Shown here: positions 63,907-64,000 of the stretch, piece by piece
Layout of the letters: every line of letters begins with the position of its first letter
How positions within the stretch are numbered: position 1 is the stretch's first letter
Assembly: GCA_950097015.1 (NCBI GenBank)
Contig: CATNEN010000003.1
Coordinates: 14,508,001 to 14,572,000 of the forward strand
DNA length: 64,000 bases
Direction of reading: 5' to 3'
DNA from: Macrostomum hystrix
Lineage: Eukaryota; Animalia; Platyhelminthes
Notes under the pieces: generated by a model
The model's input: only the letters and a program-made list of their open reading frames with translations
Told to the model about the DNA's origin: nothing
The model's database searches: none
Program-made: the position numbers and the translations under genes

Positions 63907-63945
63907 TGCCGACGCGTTTCGTCCAAAGCGGACATCTTCAGGGCA
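63907..63945 (-). ncRNA. Minimal type I hammerhead ribozyme of Penelope-like-element pLTR type
   Basis: Minus strand reads UGCC-CUGAAGA-U-GUCC-GCUUU-GGAC-GAAA-CGCG-UC-GGCA: stem I UGCC/GGCA, core CUGANGA, stem II GUCC/GGAC, GAAA, palindromic stub of stem III and a GUC cleavage triplet, followed by AATAAA. Confidence 0.88.
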
Positions 63946-64000
63946 AACGAACCATAAAAAACACACAACACACACATTGTTAGATGTTTGTAACAATGAT

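Overview
Eukaryotic (metazoan) genomic DNA with GT-AG introns, very dense minisatellites and nested transposons. The style suggests a free-living flatworm such as Macrostomum, but that is inference only. The left half (about 0.1-36 kb) holds a minus-strand multi-exon gene or tandem gene family of unknown product. It has a signal-peptide exon, four in-phase open 3' exons (6266-2937) and several decayed exon-like segments sharing an unrecognised repeated domain. These pieces are separated by about a dozen unrelated minisatellite arrays, a degenerate Ty3/Gypsy element and a degenerate Bel/Pao element with a SINE in its RNase H motif. The right half holds conserved genes: UPF0193/EVG1 (5 coding exons, minus), PPP4R2, four tandem SLC18B1-like MFS transporters, a divergent-loop cyclophilin and a disrupted second cyclophilin. 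It also contains tRNA-derived SINEs, TIR MITEs, a degenerate LINE, a 72-bp P-like footprint and a minimal Penelope-type hammerhead ribozyme near the window end. Most long ORFs in the supplied track are satellite artefacts. Splice models were read by eye and need RNA-seq confirmation.
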